This document shows, piece by piece, positions 9,209 through 19,600 of a stretch of DNA of 64,000 nucleotides (position 1 is the first letter of the stretch; each line of letters begins with the position of its first letter). The stretch is from assembly GCA_965215005.1 (NCBI GenBank), contig CBDCCZ010000014.1, positions 96,001 through 160,000 of the forward strand, given 5' to 3'. Source of the stretch: Kofleriaceae bacterium. GTDB taxonomy: Bacteria > Myxococcota_A > Polyangia > Haliangiales > Haliangiaceae. A program made the position numbers and the translations under genes. A model generated the notes under the pieces. The model was not told where the DNA came from, searched no databases, and was given only the letters and a program-made list of their open reading frames with translations.

Positions 9209-10893
9209 TGCGCCGGCTCCGCTTGCGCGCGCAGAGCGTTGCGGTCGATCTTGCCGCGGTCGCTGCGCGGCAGCTCGTCGACGAATTCGATCCAGCGCGG
9301 ATACTTGTGCTTGGAGAGATGCGCTCGCACGTGCGCCTGCAGCTCGGCTTCGAGCGCGGCTCGCGCGCTGTCGCTGGCGAAGCACCGGCGCGCGCTCGCC
9401 GTAAGCATCACGAACGCTTTGGGCTTCTGGAGGCCTTCGCGGCCCTCACCGCGGCCATCGCTCACCGCGACCACCGCCGCCAGCGCCACCGCTTCGTGCT
9501 GCATCAGGCAATCCTCGACCTCGAGCGGCGCCACCCACACGCCGCCGACCTTGAACAACTCATCGGCGCGGCCGGCAAACCACAGCGCGCCGTCGGCGTC
9601 CTTGCGGAACAAATCGCCGGTGCGACACCAGTGGCCGTGAAACGTGCGCCAGCTGCGGTCGCGGTCGCGTGCGTAGCCGAGCGCGACGCTGTCGCCTTTG
9701 ACCCAGAGCACGCCGGTTTCCCCAGCCGGCAGCTCGGCCGCCCCCGGTCCTTCCGCGTCTTGCGGCAAGATCGCCAGCGAGTAGCCCTCCACGGCGCGGC
9801 CGAGGGAGCCGGGGCGGACATCGCCGGGGCGGTTGGAGCAGTAGATGTGAAACATCTCCGCCGAGCCGATGCCGTCGTAGACCTGGCCACCAAACCGCTC
9901 GAGAAACCGCGCCAGCAGCGCCGGCGGCAGCGCCTCGCCCGCCGATAGGTGGAACCGAATCGACGAGAAATCCATCGCCGGCTCGCCACGCGCACGCCGC
10001 TCCTCGTCGTAGTCCAGGAGCTTGCCGAGCATCGTCGGCACGTTGGTGACCACCGTCGGCCGATAGTTCTCGATGGCGCGCACCAGCGACTCGGCAGTAG
10101 GACGCTCGGCAAACAGCGCGGTGGTCGCGCCGACCGCGAACGGGAACCAGAGATTGGTCCCGGTCGCATAGCCAAAGAACAGCCGCGGCACGCTCACCGT
10201 CACGTCGTCTTGGCGATAGCCGATGGTTCGCTTGGCGTAAACCTCGGAGTTGAACGCGAAGTCGCGGTGGGTGTGCACGGCTGCTTTGGGGCGGCCGGTG
10301 GAGCCAGAGGTAAACAGCCACACGCAGGGATCATCGCGATGGCAACGCGGCAGCTCGACCTCGAGCCGACGGCCGCGCTCGAGGGCCTCGCGCAGCGCCA
10401 GCACCTCGAGCGGCGCCTCGGCAAGAGCGGCGGGGATCGCCACCGGCGCTTCGGGATCCTCGCCGGTGGCGACCTCGGGAACCAGCAGCACGGCGCGCAA
10501 TCCTGAAGCGCTGCAGAGCACCGAAGCTAGCGATTCCGCCACGCTGGGGGTCGTGATCACCGCGGCCGCGCGCGCGTAGTCGAGGACGTAGGCGAGATCG
10601 TCGACGGGCGCCACGGGATTGCCCATGGCCACCACCGCTCCCGCGGTGAGGGTGCCAAACGTTGCCCATGCAAACGGCGGCACGTCGAAGAGCACCGTGT
10701 AAACGCGCTGCTCGGGCGCAACGCCCACCGCAACCAAGTAGCGTGCGAGGGCGCGCGAGCGCTCGGCAACCTCGCCATACGAGTAGCTGCGATCGCCAAA
10801 GCGGATCGCCGTCTTGCCGGCCAACCCCTCGCGCAGGCGCTCATAGAGGAAGTAGTCAGCGATGCTGAGGTCGTCGTCGAACGTGACGCTCAC
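9205..10893 (-). CDS. Benzoate/aminobenzoate-CoA ligase family protein
   Basis: WLFTSGSTGRPKAAVHTH, PRLFFGYATG, SAGEALP, DGIGSAEMFHIY, RTGDLF, KYPRWIEFVDELPRSDRGKI. Confidence 0.9.
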   Translation of the reverse strand: MSVTFDDDLSIADYFLYERLREGLAGKTAIRFGDRSYSYGEVAERSRALARYLVAVGVAPEQRVYTVLFDVPPFAWATFGTLTAGAVVAMGNPVAPVDDLAYVLDYARAAAVITTPSVAESLASVLCSASGLRAVLLVPEVATGEDPEAPVAIPAALAEAPLEVLALREALERGRRLEVELPRCHRDDPCVWLFTSGSTGRPKAAVHTHRDFAFNSEVYAKRTIGYRQDDVTVSVPRLFFGYATGTNLWFPFAVGATTALFAERPTAESLVRAIENYRPTVVTNVPTMLGKLLDYDEERRARGEPAMDFSSIRFHLSAGEALPPALLARFLERFGGQVYDGIGSAEMFHIYCSNRPGDVRPGSLGRAVEGYSLAILPQDAEGPGAAELPAGETGVLWVKGDSVALGYARDRDRSWRTFHGHWCRTGDLFRKDADGALWFAGRADELFKVGGVWVAPLEVEDCLMQHEAVALAAVVAVSDGRGEGREGLQKPKAFVMLTASARRCFASDSARAALEAELQAHVRAHLSKHKYPRWIEFVDELPRSDRGKIDRNALRAQAEPAQ

Positions 10894-12014
10894 GCCTCCC
10901 CCTTGGCGAGCGCGCCGCCGATGATGAGGCGCTGGATCTCGCTGGTGCCTTCGTAGATGCGCAGCGGCCGAATCGCCCGATACAGCGCCTCGACCGGGTT
11001 GCCGAGCAAGACGCCGCGGCCGCCAAACAGCTGCACTGCCTCGTCGATGATGCGCTGCGCGGCCTCGGTCGCATAGAGCTTGCTCATCGCCGCTTCGACG
11101 GTGACGCGCTCGCGGCCGCTATCGCGCGCCCACGCTGCGCGCAGCACCAGTAGCCGGGCAGCGTCGAGCTCGGTCGCCATGTCTGCAAGCTTGGCCTGCA
11201 CCAGCTGATGCGCCGCGAGCGGCTTGCCGAACTGCTCGCGAGCGCGCACGTGAGCAAGCGCTTCGTCGAGCGCTCGGCGAGCCATGCCAACAGCGGCCGC
11301 ACCGACGGTGACGCGAAAGGTGTCCAGGGTGCGCATGGCTAGGCCCATGCCGGCGCCGACCTCGCCAAGCAGCGCTTCTTTGGCGACGCGACAGTCCTCG
11401 AAACGAAGCCCGCCCAGCGGATGAGAAAAGCCGGGCTCGAGGTTGAACTCAGTGAGTCCCGGCGCCCCAGCCTCGACCAGAAACGCGCTGATGCCGCGGC
11501 GTCCAGCAGACGGATCGGCGTTGGCGAACACGACGTAGTGGGTGGCGATGCCGACGTTGGAAATCAGCGTCTTCTCGCCGCGTAGCAGCCAGCCGTGCGC
11601 GTCGGCCACCGCCACCGTCTGCATCGACGCCACATCGCTGCCGGCGCCAGGCTCGGTGAGCGCAAACGCCCCCAGTCGCAGGCCGCTGCGATACTCCGCG
11701 AGCCGATGCGCGCGGTCGTGCTCGGTACCAGCCAAGAGAATCGGATAGGAGCCAAGGCCGTGGACCGCGAAGATCGAATCAGCCAAGGGCGAGACCTGCG
11801 CCAACATCTCGCGAATCAGCACCAGCGACCGAACATCCACCGGACCCTGTTTGGGCAGCAGATAGGCGTAAAGGCCAAGACGCGCCATCGCCTGGGCGGC
11901 CGCGCCCGGCTCGTCGATCGCGCCGAGCTCCTCAGCCGCTTCGATCAGGTCGCGAGCGAGGCGTTGGTGGCGCTCGCCGAAGAACAAGCCAAGGTCATGG
12001 GTCGACAGTTTCAT
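10890..12014 (-). CDS. Acyl-CoA dehydrogenase
   Basis: [42 protein letters not shown]. Confidence 0.93.
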   Translation of the reverse strand: MKLSTHDLGLFFGERHQRLARDLIEAAEELGAIDEPGAAAQAMARLGLYAYLLPKQGPVDVRSLVLIREMLAQVSPLADSIFAVHGLGSYPILLAGTEHDRAHRLAEYRSGLRLGAFALTEPGAGSDVASMQTVAVADAHGWLLRGEKTLISNVGIATHYVVFANADPSAGRRGISAFLVEAGAPGLTEFNLEPGFSHPLGGLRFEDCRVAKEALLGEVGAGMGLAMRTLDTFRVTVGAAAVGMARRALDEALAHVRAREQFGKPLAAHQLVQAKLADMATELDAARLLVLRAAWARDSGRERVTVEAAMSKLYATEAAQRIIDEAVQLFGGRGVLLGNPVEALYRAIRPLRIYEGTSEIQRLIIGGALAKGEA

Positions 12015-12840
12015 CGCAGATCTCCGCGCCGGCGAAGTGCGGCTCGCGTTTGTTCTTGAAGGCCTCGTGGGCGCTGCGAAAGTCGGGGTGCTGCATGCAC
12101 AGCGCCTGCGCCTGGGCCTCGGCCTCGATGGCGGCCGCCAGTGGCATGGTGTGCTCGGACTCGAGCATCTGCTTGGTCATGGCATGCGCAAAGGCAGGCC
12201 CACGAGCCAATTTTCTGGCCCAGTCGCTGGCGAGCTCGCGAGCGGCATCGGCGTCGGCAACCACGCGGTTGACCAGTCCGATGCGCAATGCGTGGTCGGC
12301 ATCGATGAGCTCGCCCAGAAACAACAGCTCGGAAGCGTTTCCGAGGCCGACCAAGCGCGGCAACAGGTACGCCGCGCCCATGTCGGCGCCGCACAAACCG
12401 ACGCGCGGAAACACGAACCCAAAGCGCGCCGACTGCGCCGCAACGCGCACATCGCAGGCCGCGGCGATGACTGCGCCGGCGCCCACTGCCACGCCGTTGA
12501 CCGCCGCGACGATAGGTCGCCGACACGCGCGGATGGCGTGGATGAGCCGCCCTGTGAGACGGGTGAACTCGAGCAGCCGCGGCGCGTCTTGCGCGAGCAG
12601 CTCGGCGATGATGTCGTCTTGATCGCCGCCGGAGCAGAAGCCCTTGCCGCGCCCGGTGATGACCACGGCCCGCGCCTGCTCGCAGGTGTCGAGGTAGCAA
12701 ATCGTATCCGCGAGCTCGCGATAGACCTCGAAGGTGAGCGAGTTGAGCCGCTGCGGACGGTCGAGCGTGATGGTCGCAATCCCACTGGCGAGCTGTAGCG
12801 AAAACGATGATGGTCTAAGCGGATTGTTTGCGTGATTCAT
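11995..12840 (-). CDS. Enoyl-CoA hydratase/isomerase family protein
   Basis: ITLDRPQRLNSL, FCSGGD, AVNGVAVGAG, GADMGAAYLLPRLVG; start MNHANNP. Confidence 0.92.
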   Translation of the reverse strand: MNHANNPLRPSSFSLQLASGIATITLDRPQRLNSLTFEVYRELADTICYLDTCEQARAVVITGRGKGFCSGGDQDDIIAELLAQDAPRLLEFTRLTGRLIHAIRACRRPIVAAVNGVAVGAGAVIAAACDVRVAAQSARFGFVFPRVGLCGADMGAAYLLPRLVGLGNASELLFLGELIDADHALRIGLVNRVVADADAARELASDWARKLARGPAFAHAMTKQMLESEHTMPLAAAIEAEAQAQALCMQHPDFRSAHEAFKNKREPHFAGAEICDETVDP

Positions 12841-13259
12841 GCGCTCTCCTGCCAATCCTCTGGCATGACGGCGACGGCTTCGATCTCGACCTTGGCGCCC
12901 GGCTCCACCAGGCCCGTCACACCCACCAGCGCCATCGCCGGAAAATGCTTGCCGAGGAGCTCGCGCCAAATCGCGCCAATCGGTCTAAGCGAAGCGCGAT
13001 AGGCGGGCAGATCGGTGACGTAGATGGTCATCCGCGCCACATCGCTGGCGCTGCCGCCGGCGGCGGCGACGACCTCCAAGACGTTGGCGAGGGCTTGGCG
13101 AAATTGCGCCACGAAATCCTCGGAAACCAGCTCCTGCTGGCGATTCCAGCCGATTTGGCCAGCGATGTGTAGGGTCGGTCCGGAGGTGAGAACCCCATTG
13201 GAGTAGCCTCGCGGGCGCGCGCTATGCGCCGGCTCAATGATCCGCAACCGGTTCTTCAT
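12837..13259 (-). CDS. RidA/YjgF family protein
   Basis: PRGYSNG, IAGQIG, FPAMALVGVTGLVEPGAKVEIEAVA; RBS GAGGAG. Confidence 0.9.
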   Translation of the reverse strand: MKNRLRIIEPAHSARPRGYSNGVLTSGPTLHIAGQIGWNRQQELVSEDFVAQFRQALANVLEVVAAAGGSASDVARMTIYVTDLPAYRASLRPIGAIWRELLGKHFPAMALVGVTGLVEPGAKVEIEAVAVMPEDWQESA

Positions 13260-13332
13260 CGGGCTCTCCTCGTGGACGGACGACCTGCGCCCCGTTTGAA
13301 TTGGCGACAGCACCGAGCGATCGGTAGATGGC

Positions 13333-14094
13333 TCATTTCATGACCTGGCCGCCGTCGATGACCAGCGTTTGACCATGGATGCCGCACGCCTCGGCAGCCG
13401 CAAGCATCGCGACGGCGTGAGCGACCTCGCTGGGCGAGATCAAGCGCCGCTGCGGGCTCATCGCCTCGAGCACCCCGCGCGCTTTTGCTTCGGCGGCGCC
13501 GGTTTTCTCGGCGATGCGGTCGATGGCTTCGCGCGCCATGTCGGTCTCGACCCATCCGGGACACACCGCGTTGATGGTAACGCCAGAGGTGGCGAGGTCG
13601 ATGGCCAGCGCCCGCGTCATCCCCACCAGCGCGTGTTTGGACGCGCAGTAAGCGGCGCTATAGCGATAGCCGGTGACGCCGGCGTTGGAGGCGATATTGA
13701 TGATGCGTCCCCAGCCGGCTTCGATCATCGCCGGAAGCAACGCGCGGCAAAGGCGCATGGGCGCGGTGACGTTGACCTCGAAGAGCTCGTCCCAGGTTGC
13801 GTCTTCCAGGCGCGCGAGCGGCGCGCTCACCGCCACGCCGGCGTTGTTGACCAAGATATCGACGCGGCCGACCTCGCGCTGCAGGCGCTCGAGCAGCGCA
13901 TCGGTGGCGGCGCGGGCAGCGAGATCGGCGACCACGGCGATGCCGCCGAGCTCGGCGGCCAGCGCCGCAAGTGGCGCTTGGCGGCGCCCGGTGATCACCA
14001 CCGACGCGCCTTCCGCGGCAAGACGCCGAGCGATGGCTGCACCGATGCCACGCCCGCCACCCGTGACGAGGGCAACCCTTCCCACCAGCGACAT
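13333..14094 (-). CDS. SDR family oxidoreductase (3-hydroxyacyl-CoA dehydrogenase-like)
   Basis: TGGGRGIG, LVNNAG, YCASKHA (YxxxK), VCPGWVET; start MSLVGRVALV. Confidence 0.92.
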   Translation of the reverse strand: MSLVGRVALVTGGGRGIGAAIARRLAAEGASVVITGRRQAPLAALAAELGGIAVVADLAARAATDALLERLQREVGRVDILVNNAGVAVSAPLARLEDATWDELFEVNVTAPMRLCRALLPAMIEAGWGRIINIASNAGVTGYRYSAAYCASKHALVGMTRALAIDLATSGVTINAVCPGWVETDMAREAIDRIAEKTGAAEAKARGVLEAMSPQRRLISPSEVAHAVAMLAAAEACGIHGQTLVIDGGQVMK

Positions 14095-14287
14095 GGCCTT
14101 GGAATACCACATCGATTCGCGATGTTGGCGGGACTGGGACGGGTTGCGGTGGCGACCAAGGATGGCAAAGAACGGCAAAACGCTCGACTTTGCTCCGAGC
14201 ATCCGTAGTGTCTCTTGCAACGCCGCGGGCTGACGATACGTCAGATTCCGCCGCTCGTCTTGAGCGCGTTCAGACCAAGGAGCCATC

Positions 14288-14506
14288 GTGAAGAAGCCCA
14301 ATCGCAGTCGCATGACCCAGCGGGTGCTGGCGACCCAAGAGCTCTCCAACATCGTCGCTGGAACCATCCTCATCGGTCGCCGCGGCGGCAATGAGACTCC
14401 GGTACCCGGCGGGGGCGGTCCAGGTTGGCCGCCCAATCCAGTCGGCGGCGATCCGCCGGGCGGTATCGGCGGCATCATCATCCCGCCTATCTTTATCTTC
14501 CCCTGA
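14288..14506 (+). CDS. Small peptide with double-glycine-type leader (bacteriocin/RiPP precursor-like)
   Basis: AAGGAG RBS before GTG; leader ends LATQELSNIVAG; Gly/Pro/Ile-rich C-terminal part. Confidence 0.6.
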   Translation: MKKPNRSRMTQRVLATQELSNIVAGTILIGRRGGNETPVPGGGGPGWPPNPVGGDPPGGIGGIIIPPIFIFP

Positions 14507-14518
14507 GCGCCCTCGCCC

Positions 14519-17500
14519 GTGGCCGCACGCGACTCGCCAACCCGCACCGTCGCCGCCGACACCGACGACGGCGCCCCCGCAGGGCGGCCCTCGCCGACTC
14601 TGGCCAGGCGCGCCAATCCGGCTTCTGAACCGGCGACAGCGCTCGCGCTCGATACCGTCGCGCGCGAGCGCTACCAGTTTCTCGGCGAGGTCGGGCGCGG
14701 CGGCCTCGGCCAGGTCCAGCGCGCGTGCGATCGCCGCCTCGGGCGCGAGGTCGCGGTCAAAGAGCTGCTCGAGCCAACGCCGCTGCGCAAGGCGCACTTC
14801 GTGCGGGAAGCGCTGATCACCGCGCGCTTGCAACATCCCAGCATCGTGGCGCTCTACGACGCGGGGTTTTGGCCCAATGGCGATGTCTTCTACGTCATGA
14901 AGCTCATCGACGGCGAGCCACTGAGCGAGCGGCTGCGCGCGTGCACCGGCGCCAATGAGCGCCTCAGCCTATTACCTGCCGTTATCGCCGTTGCCGAGGC
15001 GATCGCCTATGCGCACGCGCAGCGCATCGTTCACCGCGACCTGAAGCCATCGAACATCGTGCTCGGCGCCTACGGTGAGGTGATGGTGGTCGATTGGGGC
15101 GTCGCGCTCGAGCTCGATGGCGAGCCGGCAGACGGCAGCATCGTCGGCACCCCCGCCTATATGTCGCCCGAGCAAGCCGCAGGCGCTGCGGTCGACGAGC
15201 GCGCCGACGTCTACGCCCTCGGAGCGATTCTCTACAAGCTATTGACGGGCCGTGCACCCTATTCCGGTGGCCGCGGCGCCAGCGCCACGCTCGAGCAGAT
15301 TCGGCGCGCGGCGCCCACTTCCGTGCAGCTCTTGGCGCCGCAGACGCCGCGCGATCTGCTCGCCATCGTCACCACCGCGATGGCGCGGGAGCCCGGCGAC
15401 CGCTACCCGTCCGCCGCGAGCCTGGCCGATGAGCTGCGGCGCTTTCAAGCCGGGCAGCTCATCCGCGCGCGCGAGTACAGCCGCTGGGAACGCAGCAAAC
15501 GGTTCCTGTCGCGCCACCGCCGAGCCTTGGCGCTGTTGGCCGCCTCGACGCTGCTGCTCGCCAGCTTCGCCACCGCCAGCGTCTGGCGCATCGCGCAAGA
15601 GCGCACCCGCGCGGTGGCCGCCGAAGCCGGCGCGCGGCAGCGAGCGCGCGAGCTGGTGCTAACCAATGCGCGCACCGCCTTGCAGGTCGATCCCACCGAG
15701 ACGCTCGCGTGGCTACGCCATCTCGAAGGCGACGCCGCCGCGTGGCGACGAGCGCGGCTCCTCATCGGCGAAGCGCTCGAGCGCGGGGTTTCACGCGATG
15801 TCGTACGCGCCCATCAGAGCAGCGGCTGGCGCCTGGCCATCGCCCCCAACGCCGTGGCATCCGCCGGCTTCGATGGCGCCATTGCGGTGTGGAAGCTAGG
15901 CGAGGCGATACTCACGCGCTTCACTGGCTTTAGCGAGGTTACGGCGCTCGAATGGATGCCGGGGAACACGACGTTGCTGGCAGCCGATCAAGCGGGCAGC
16001 GTGAGGCTAGTGGATCCCGCGCAGAATGCGGCAACCATGATCGCGACGCAACCGGCCGGCTATGGCTGGGCGACGGCGTCAGACGATGGCGAGCAGGTCG
16101 TCGCGACCGGTAGCGAGTCGACGCAGCTGTGGGACCGCGGCAGTAGCCGGCTGCGGACGCTGCCGACCCATGGCGGCTACACCTGGCACGCGCAGTTCAT
16201 CGGCCGCGGCGTCGTCACCACGGGCGATGATGGCATCGTGCGTCTCGTCGATGAAGACGGTGCTCGCGTCGTGGGCCGTCACACCGGCACAGCGACGCAC
16301 CTGGCGGTCTCGCCCGAAGGCCGCTGGGTCGCCTCCGGTGCGGAAAACGGCGACGTCGGCTTGTGGTCCATCGAAGACACCAAGGGCCAAATTCTCAGCG
16401 GCCACACGGCTGCGGTGGAGTCACTGGTGTTTGCCGCAGACGGCGCCTCGCTTTGGACCGCCAGTCGCGATCACACGGTGCGGCGGTGGGAGCTGGCAAC
16501 CGGCGCCGCAACAGAGCTCGAGGTTCATGAAGACGATGTCGTCGCGATAGCGCGCGCCGCCGGCGATCGCTACCTCAGCGCCAGCTACGATGGCACCATT
16601 GCGGTATGGCAGGCTGACGGAGAGCTCGCAGCCCACTTCCATGGTCACCGCGGCGCTGTCGAGGCGGTCGCGGCCACCGACGATGGTGAGACGATGGTGT
16701 CTATCGGCCGCGATGGCAGCGTGAGGAGCTGGCAGCTGCCGGCCCCAGCGCCGGCCATTCCCATCTCCGGCGGCGCCCTCGACCCAGCTATCGCGATTTC
16801 ATCGAAGGCCAGCGTTCTGGCCGTAGCGGCTTACCAGCGCCCCGAAGGCGCGGTCTGGCGCTTCGATCAAGCCGAGCCACCACAGACCATCACCGAGCTG
16901 CCGTGGTGTCGCGGCGTCGACGTGAGCGCGGATGGCCGCGTGGTCGTGTTCGGCGGCTCGAACGGACTGCGCGTGCTAATTGCCGGCGACGAGCGAGCCA
17001 TTGCCATTCCCGACGAGCACGTACAACGGGTGGCGTTGGCGCCCGATGCCGTGCACCTCGCCGCGGGCACCGCTTCCGGCAAGGTGTTCTTGGCAACGAC
17101 TCGGGGCGAGCTCGCCGAGCTTGGCACCCATGACGGCTTCGTCACCCAGCTGCGATTTTCGCCCGACGGCCAGCTGCTCGCCACCGTTGCCCGCGACGGC
17201 ACCCTCAAGATCTGGCGCGTCGGCGATCATCGCTTGCTCGGCACCGGCACGCACGACAAGCCCAATCTCTACAGCATCGCGTGGAGCTCGCCCACCGAGC
17301 TTGCCACCGGCGGGCAAGACGCGGCCATTCGCCGCTGGCGCATCATCGACAACGGCGTGGCAGCGGTGGACGTTCTGCGCGGACATCGCAGCTCGGTCAC
17401 CGCGCTGACGTTCTTGCGCGACGGCCGGTTGGTGAGCGCGGGCAAAGATCGCACGGTGCGGCTGTGGAGCGCTGCGGGGATGCTGCAAGACACTCTCATC

Positions 17501-17854
17501 AGCTACGGCGGCGCGCTGTACTCGCTCGATGTTGCGCCCGACGAGACGCGGGTGGTCACCGCCGGACAGGACGGCGCGGTGCGGCTTTGGGATCTGCTCG
17601 CGCGCGAAAGTCGCGTGCTCGGCACCCACGCCGAAGCCGCGCACGACGCCAAGTTCACCGCCGACGGCACGACCATCTTCTCGATCGGCGCGCGCGGTGA
17701 CGTTGGGCGCTGGGACGATGCGTTGCCGTTTGCGCCGGCTGGGCTGCGCGCGGCCATCGACCGCGCCACCACCGCGACCATCGCGCCAGGAGAGCCGCTG
17801 GCCACACCCATGCAGGTACACGAGGTCGCCGTCACCGACTTGCCCGTTCGGTGA
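14519..17854 (+). CDS. Ser/Thr protein kinase with TM helix and C-terminal WD40 repeats
   Basis: VGRGGLGQV, HRDLKPSN, DWG, GTPAYMSPE; many GH...W[D/E] repeats (e.g. GHTAAVESLVF...DHTVRRWE). Exact start uncertain. Confidence 0.92.
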   Translation: MAARDSPTRTVAADTDDGAPAGRPSPTLARRANPASEPATALALDTVARERYQFLGEVGRGGLGQVQRACDRRLGREVAVKELLEPTPLRKAHFVREALITARLQHPSIVALYDAGFWPNGDVFYVMKLIDGEPLSERLRACTGANERLSLLPAVIAVAEAIAYAHAQRIVHRDLKPSNIVLGAYGEVMVVDWGVALELDGEPADGSIVGTPAYMSPEQAAGAAVDERADVYALGAILYKLLTGRAPYSGGRGASATLEQIRRAAPTSVQLLAPQTPRDLLAIVTTAMAREPGDRYPSAASLADELRRFQAGQLIRAREYSRWERSKRFLSRHRRALALLAASTLLLASFATASVWRIAQERTRAVAAEAGARQRARELVLTNARTALQVDPTETLAWLRHLEGDAAAWRRARLLIGEALERGVSRDVVRAHQSSGWRLAIAPNAVASAGFDGAIAVWKLGEAILTRFTGFSEVTALEWMPGNTTLLAADQAGSVRLVDPAQNAATMIATQPAGYGWATASDDGEQVVATGSESTQLWDRGSSRLRTLPTHGGYTWHAQFIGRGVVTTGDDGIVRLVDEDGARVVGRHTGTATHLAVSPEGRWVASGAENGDVGLWSIEDTKGQILSGHTAAVESLVFAADGASLWTASRDHTVRRWELATGAATELEVHEDDVVAIARAAGDRYLSASYDGTIAVWQADGELAAHFHGHRGAVEAVAATDDGETMVSIGRDGSVRSWQLPAPAPAIPISGGALDPAIAISSKASVLAVAAYQRPEGAVWRFDQAEPPQTITELPWCRGVDVSADGRVVVFGGSNGLRVLIAGDERAIAIPDEHVQRVALAPDAVHLAAGTASGKVFLATTRGELAELGTHDGFVTQLRFSPDGQLLATVARDGTLKIWRVGDHRLLGTGTHDKPNLYSIAWSSPTELATGGQDAAIRRWRIIDNGVAAVDVLRGHRSSVTALTFLRDGRLVSAGKDRTVRLWSAAGMLQDTLISYGGALYSLDVAPDETRVVTAGQDGAVRLWDLLARESRVLGTHAEAAHDAKFTADGTTIFSIGARGDVGRWDDALPFAPAGLRAAIDRATTATIAPGEPLATPMQVHEVAVTDLPVR

Positions 17855-17890
17855 GGTTGCCGCGAAACGCTGCCGCCGTATAGAGGAGCC

Positions 17891-18502
17891 ATGATCGAGC
17901 TCTATACCTGGACCACTCCCAACGGCCGCAAACCACTCATCCTGCTCGAAGAGCTAGGCCTGCCATACGAGGCTCACGCGATTGACATCGGCGCTGGCGA
18001 GCAGCACGAGCCAACATTTCTAGCCATCAATCCCAATGGCAAGATTCCCGCACTCGTCGACCGCCTCGACGATGGCAGTCACGTGCAGCTGTTCGAGTCA
18101 GGCGCCGTTCTCATCTATCTGGCGGAGAAGTGCGGCCGCTTGCTGCCGAGCAGTGGCCAAGCGCGAGCCGAGACGCTGTCGTGGTTGATGTTCCAGGTCG
18201 GCGGCGTTGGCCCCATGTTCGGCCAGCTCGGCCACTTTCGCCGGCTCGATGCGCGCAACGAGTACGCTCTCGAGCGCTACGGTGACGAGACCAAACGGCT
18301 GTTCTCGGTGCTCGACCAGCGCCTGAAGGAAGTGCCATATCTCGCCGGCGAGTACTCCATTGCCGACATTGCGACCTATCCGTGGGCCAAGGCACTCGAG
18401 ATGTTCGAGCTGCCCAAGGACGACTATCCCCATGTCGTCACCTGGATGGAAACGATCGGCGAGCGCGCTGCGGTGAAGAAGGCAGAAGCCTGGAAGCCCT
18501 AG
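17891..18502 (+). CDS. Glutathione S-transferase, Nu-class (YfcG/Ure2-like)
   Basis: LYTWTTPNGRK, INPNGKIPALVD, FESGAVLIYLAEK, YSIADIATYPW; RBS GAGGAG. Confidence 0.92.
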   Translation: MIELYTWTTPNGRKPLILLEELGLPYEAHAIDIGAGEQHEPTFLAINPNGKIPALVDRLDDGSHVQLFESGAVLIYLAEKCGRLLPSSGQARAETLSWLMFQVGGVGPMFGQLGHFRRLDARNEYALERYGDETKRLFSVLDQRLKEVPYLAGEYSIADIATYPWAKALEMFELPKDDYPHVVTWMETIGERAAVKKAEAWKP

Positions 18503-18589
18503 TAAGGCTGCTCACACTACGACCTCCGAGCCGGCTGCCCTCGTGCACTGAATCCCGATCCGAGGTGACGAACTCGGTAAGGTAGTCCG

Positions 18590-19582
18590 ATGAGCAACGG
18601 CATCCATCCCGCAGACGCCCTGTTCGAGGGCGAGAAGCCCTTCCCCGTCATCCCCTCCTGCGAACACTTTGCCGGCAGCGAAAAGCTGATCGGCAAAGCG
18701 TTCGCGCTTCAAAGTAAGCTCGGGCCGATCTTCGACATCACCATGGACTGCGAAGACGGCGCCCCGGCCGGCCGCGAACAGCAGCACGCCGAGATGGTGG
18801 TCGAGATGCAAAAGGCCGAGGCCAACGTTCATCGAATGGCCGGCATCCGCATCCACGACTACACCCACGCAGCGTGGAAACAAGACGTCGATATCATCGT
18901 TCCCGGCGCTGGCGATCGCCTGGCGTACATCACGATTCCCAAGCCCACGGCAGCGGCGCAGGTCGCCGAAATGGTCGACTACATTCGCGCTGCATGCAAC
19001 CAGCACGGCATCCGCAGGCAGCTGCCGATCCACGTGCTGATCGAGACCCACGGCGCGCTCCGCGACAGCTTCGAGATCGCCGCGATTCCATGGGTCGCGG
19101 TGCTTGATTTCGGCCTCATGGACTTCGTCTCCGGTCATCACGGCGCGGTTCCGTCGTCGGCGATGCGCTCGCCAGGGCAGTTCGAGCACGCGCTGATCGC
19201 CCGCGCCAAAGCGCAGGTGGTGGCCGCAGCGCTGGCCAACGGCGTGGTTCCGGCGCACAACGTGACGCTCGATCTCAAGAACGTCTATCAGACCCACAGC
19301 GATGCGCGACGCGCCAATCGTGAATTTGGCTTCTTGCGCATGTGGTCGATCTACCCGGCGCAGATTCAGCCCATCGTCGATGCCATGGCGCCCGACTTCA
19401 ACGAGGTTCAAGCCGGCGTCGAGATCCTGTTGGCGGCGCAGAAGGCCAGCTGGGGCCCCATTCAGCACGCCGGCGAGCTGCACGACCGCGCTACCTACCG
19501 CTATTACTGGGAGCTGGTGCAGCGAGCGCACGTCTCGGGGCAATCGCTGCCCAGTGATGCGCAAGCGTGGTTCACCCGCTGA
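18590..19582 (+). CDS. HpcH/HpaI aldolase / citrate lyase beta (CitE-like) family protein
   Basis: MDCEDGA, ITIPK, HVLIETHGAL, LDFGLMDF, MWSIYPAQI. Confidence 0.85.
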   Translation: MSNGIHPADALFEGEKPFPVIPSCEHFAGSEKLIGKAFALQSKLGPIFDITMDCEDGAPAGREQQHAEMVVEMQKAEANVHRMAGIRIHDYTHAAWKQDVDIIVPGAGDRLAYITIPKPTAAAQVAEMVDYIRAACNQHGIRRQLPIHVLIETHGALRDSFEIAAIPWVAVLDFGLMDFVSGHHGAVPSSAMRSPGQFEHALIARAKAQVVAAALANGVVPAHNVTLDLKNVYQTHSDARRANREFGFLRMWSIYPAQIQPIVDAMAPDFNEVQAGVEILLAAQKASWGPIQHAGELHDRATYRYYWELVQRAHVSGQSLPSDAQAWFTR

Positions 19583-19600
19583 TTCGCGCGCAGCCGGTGG

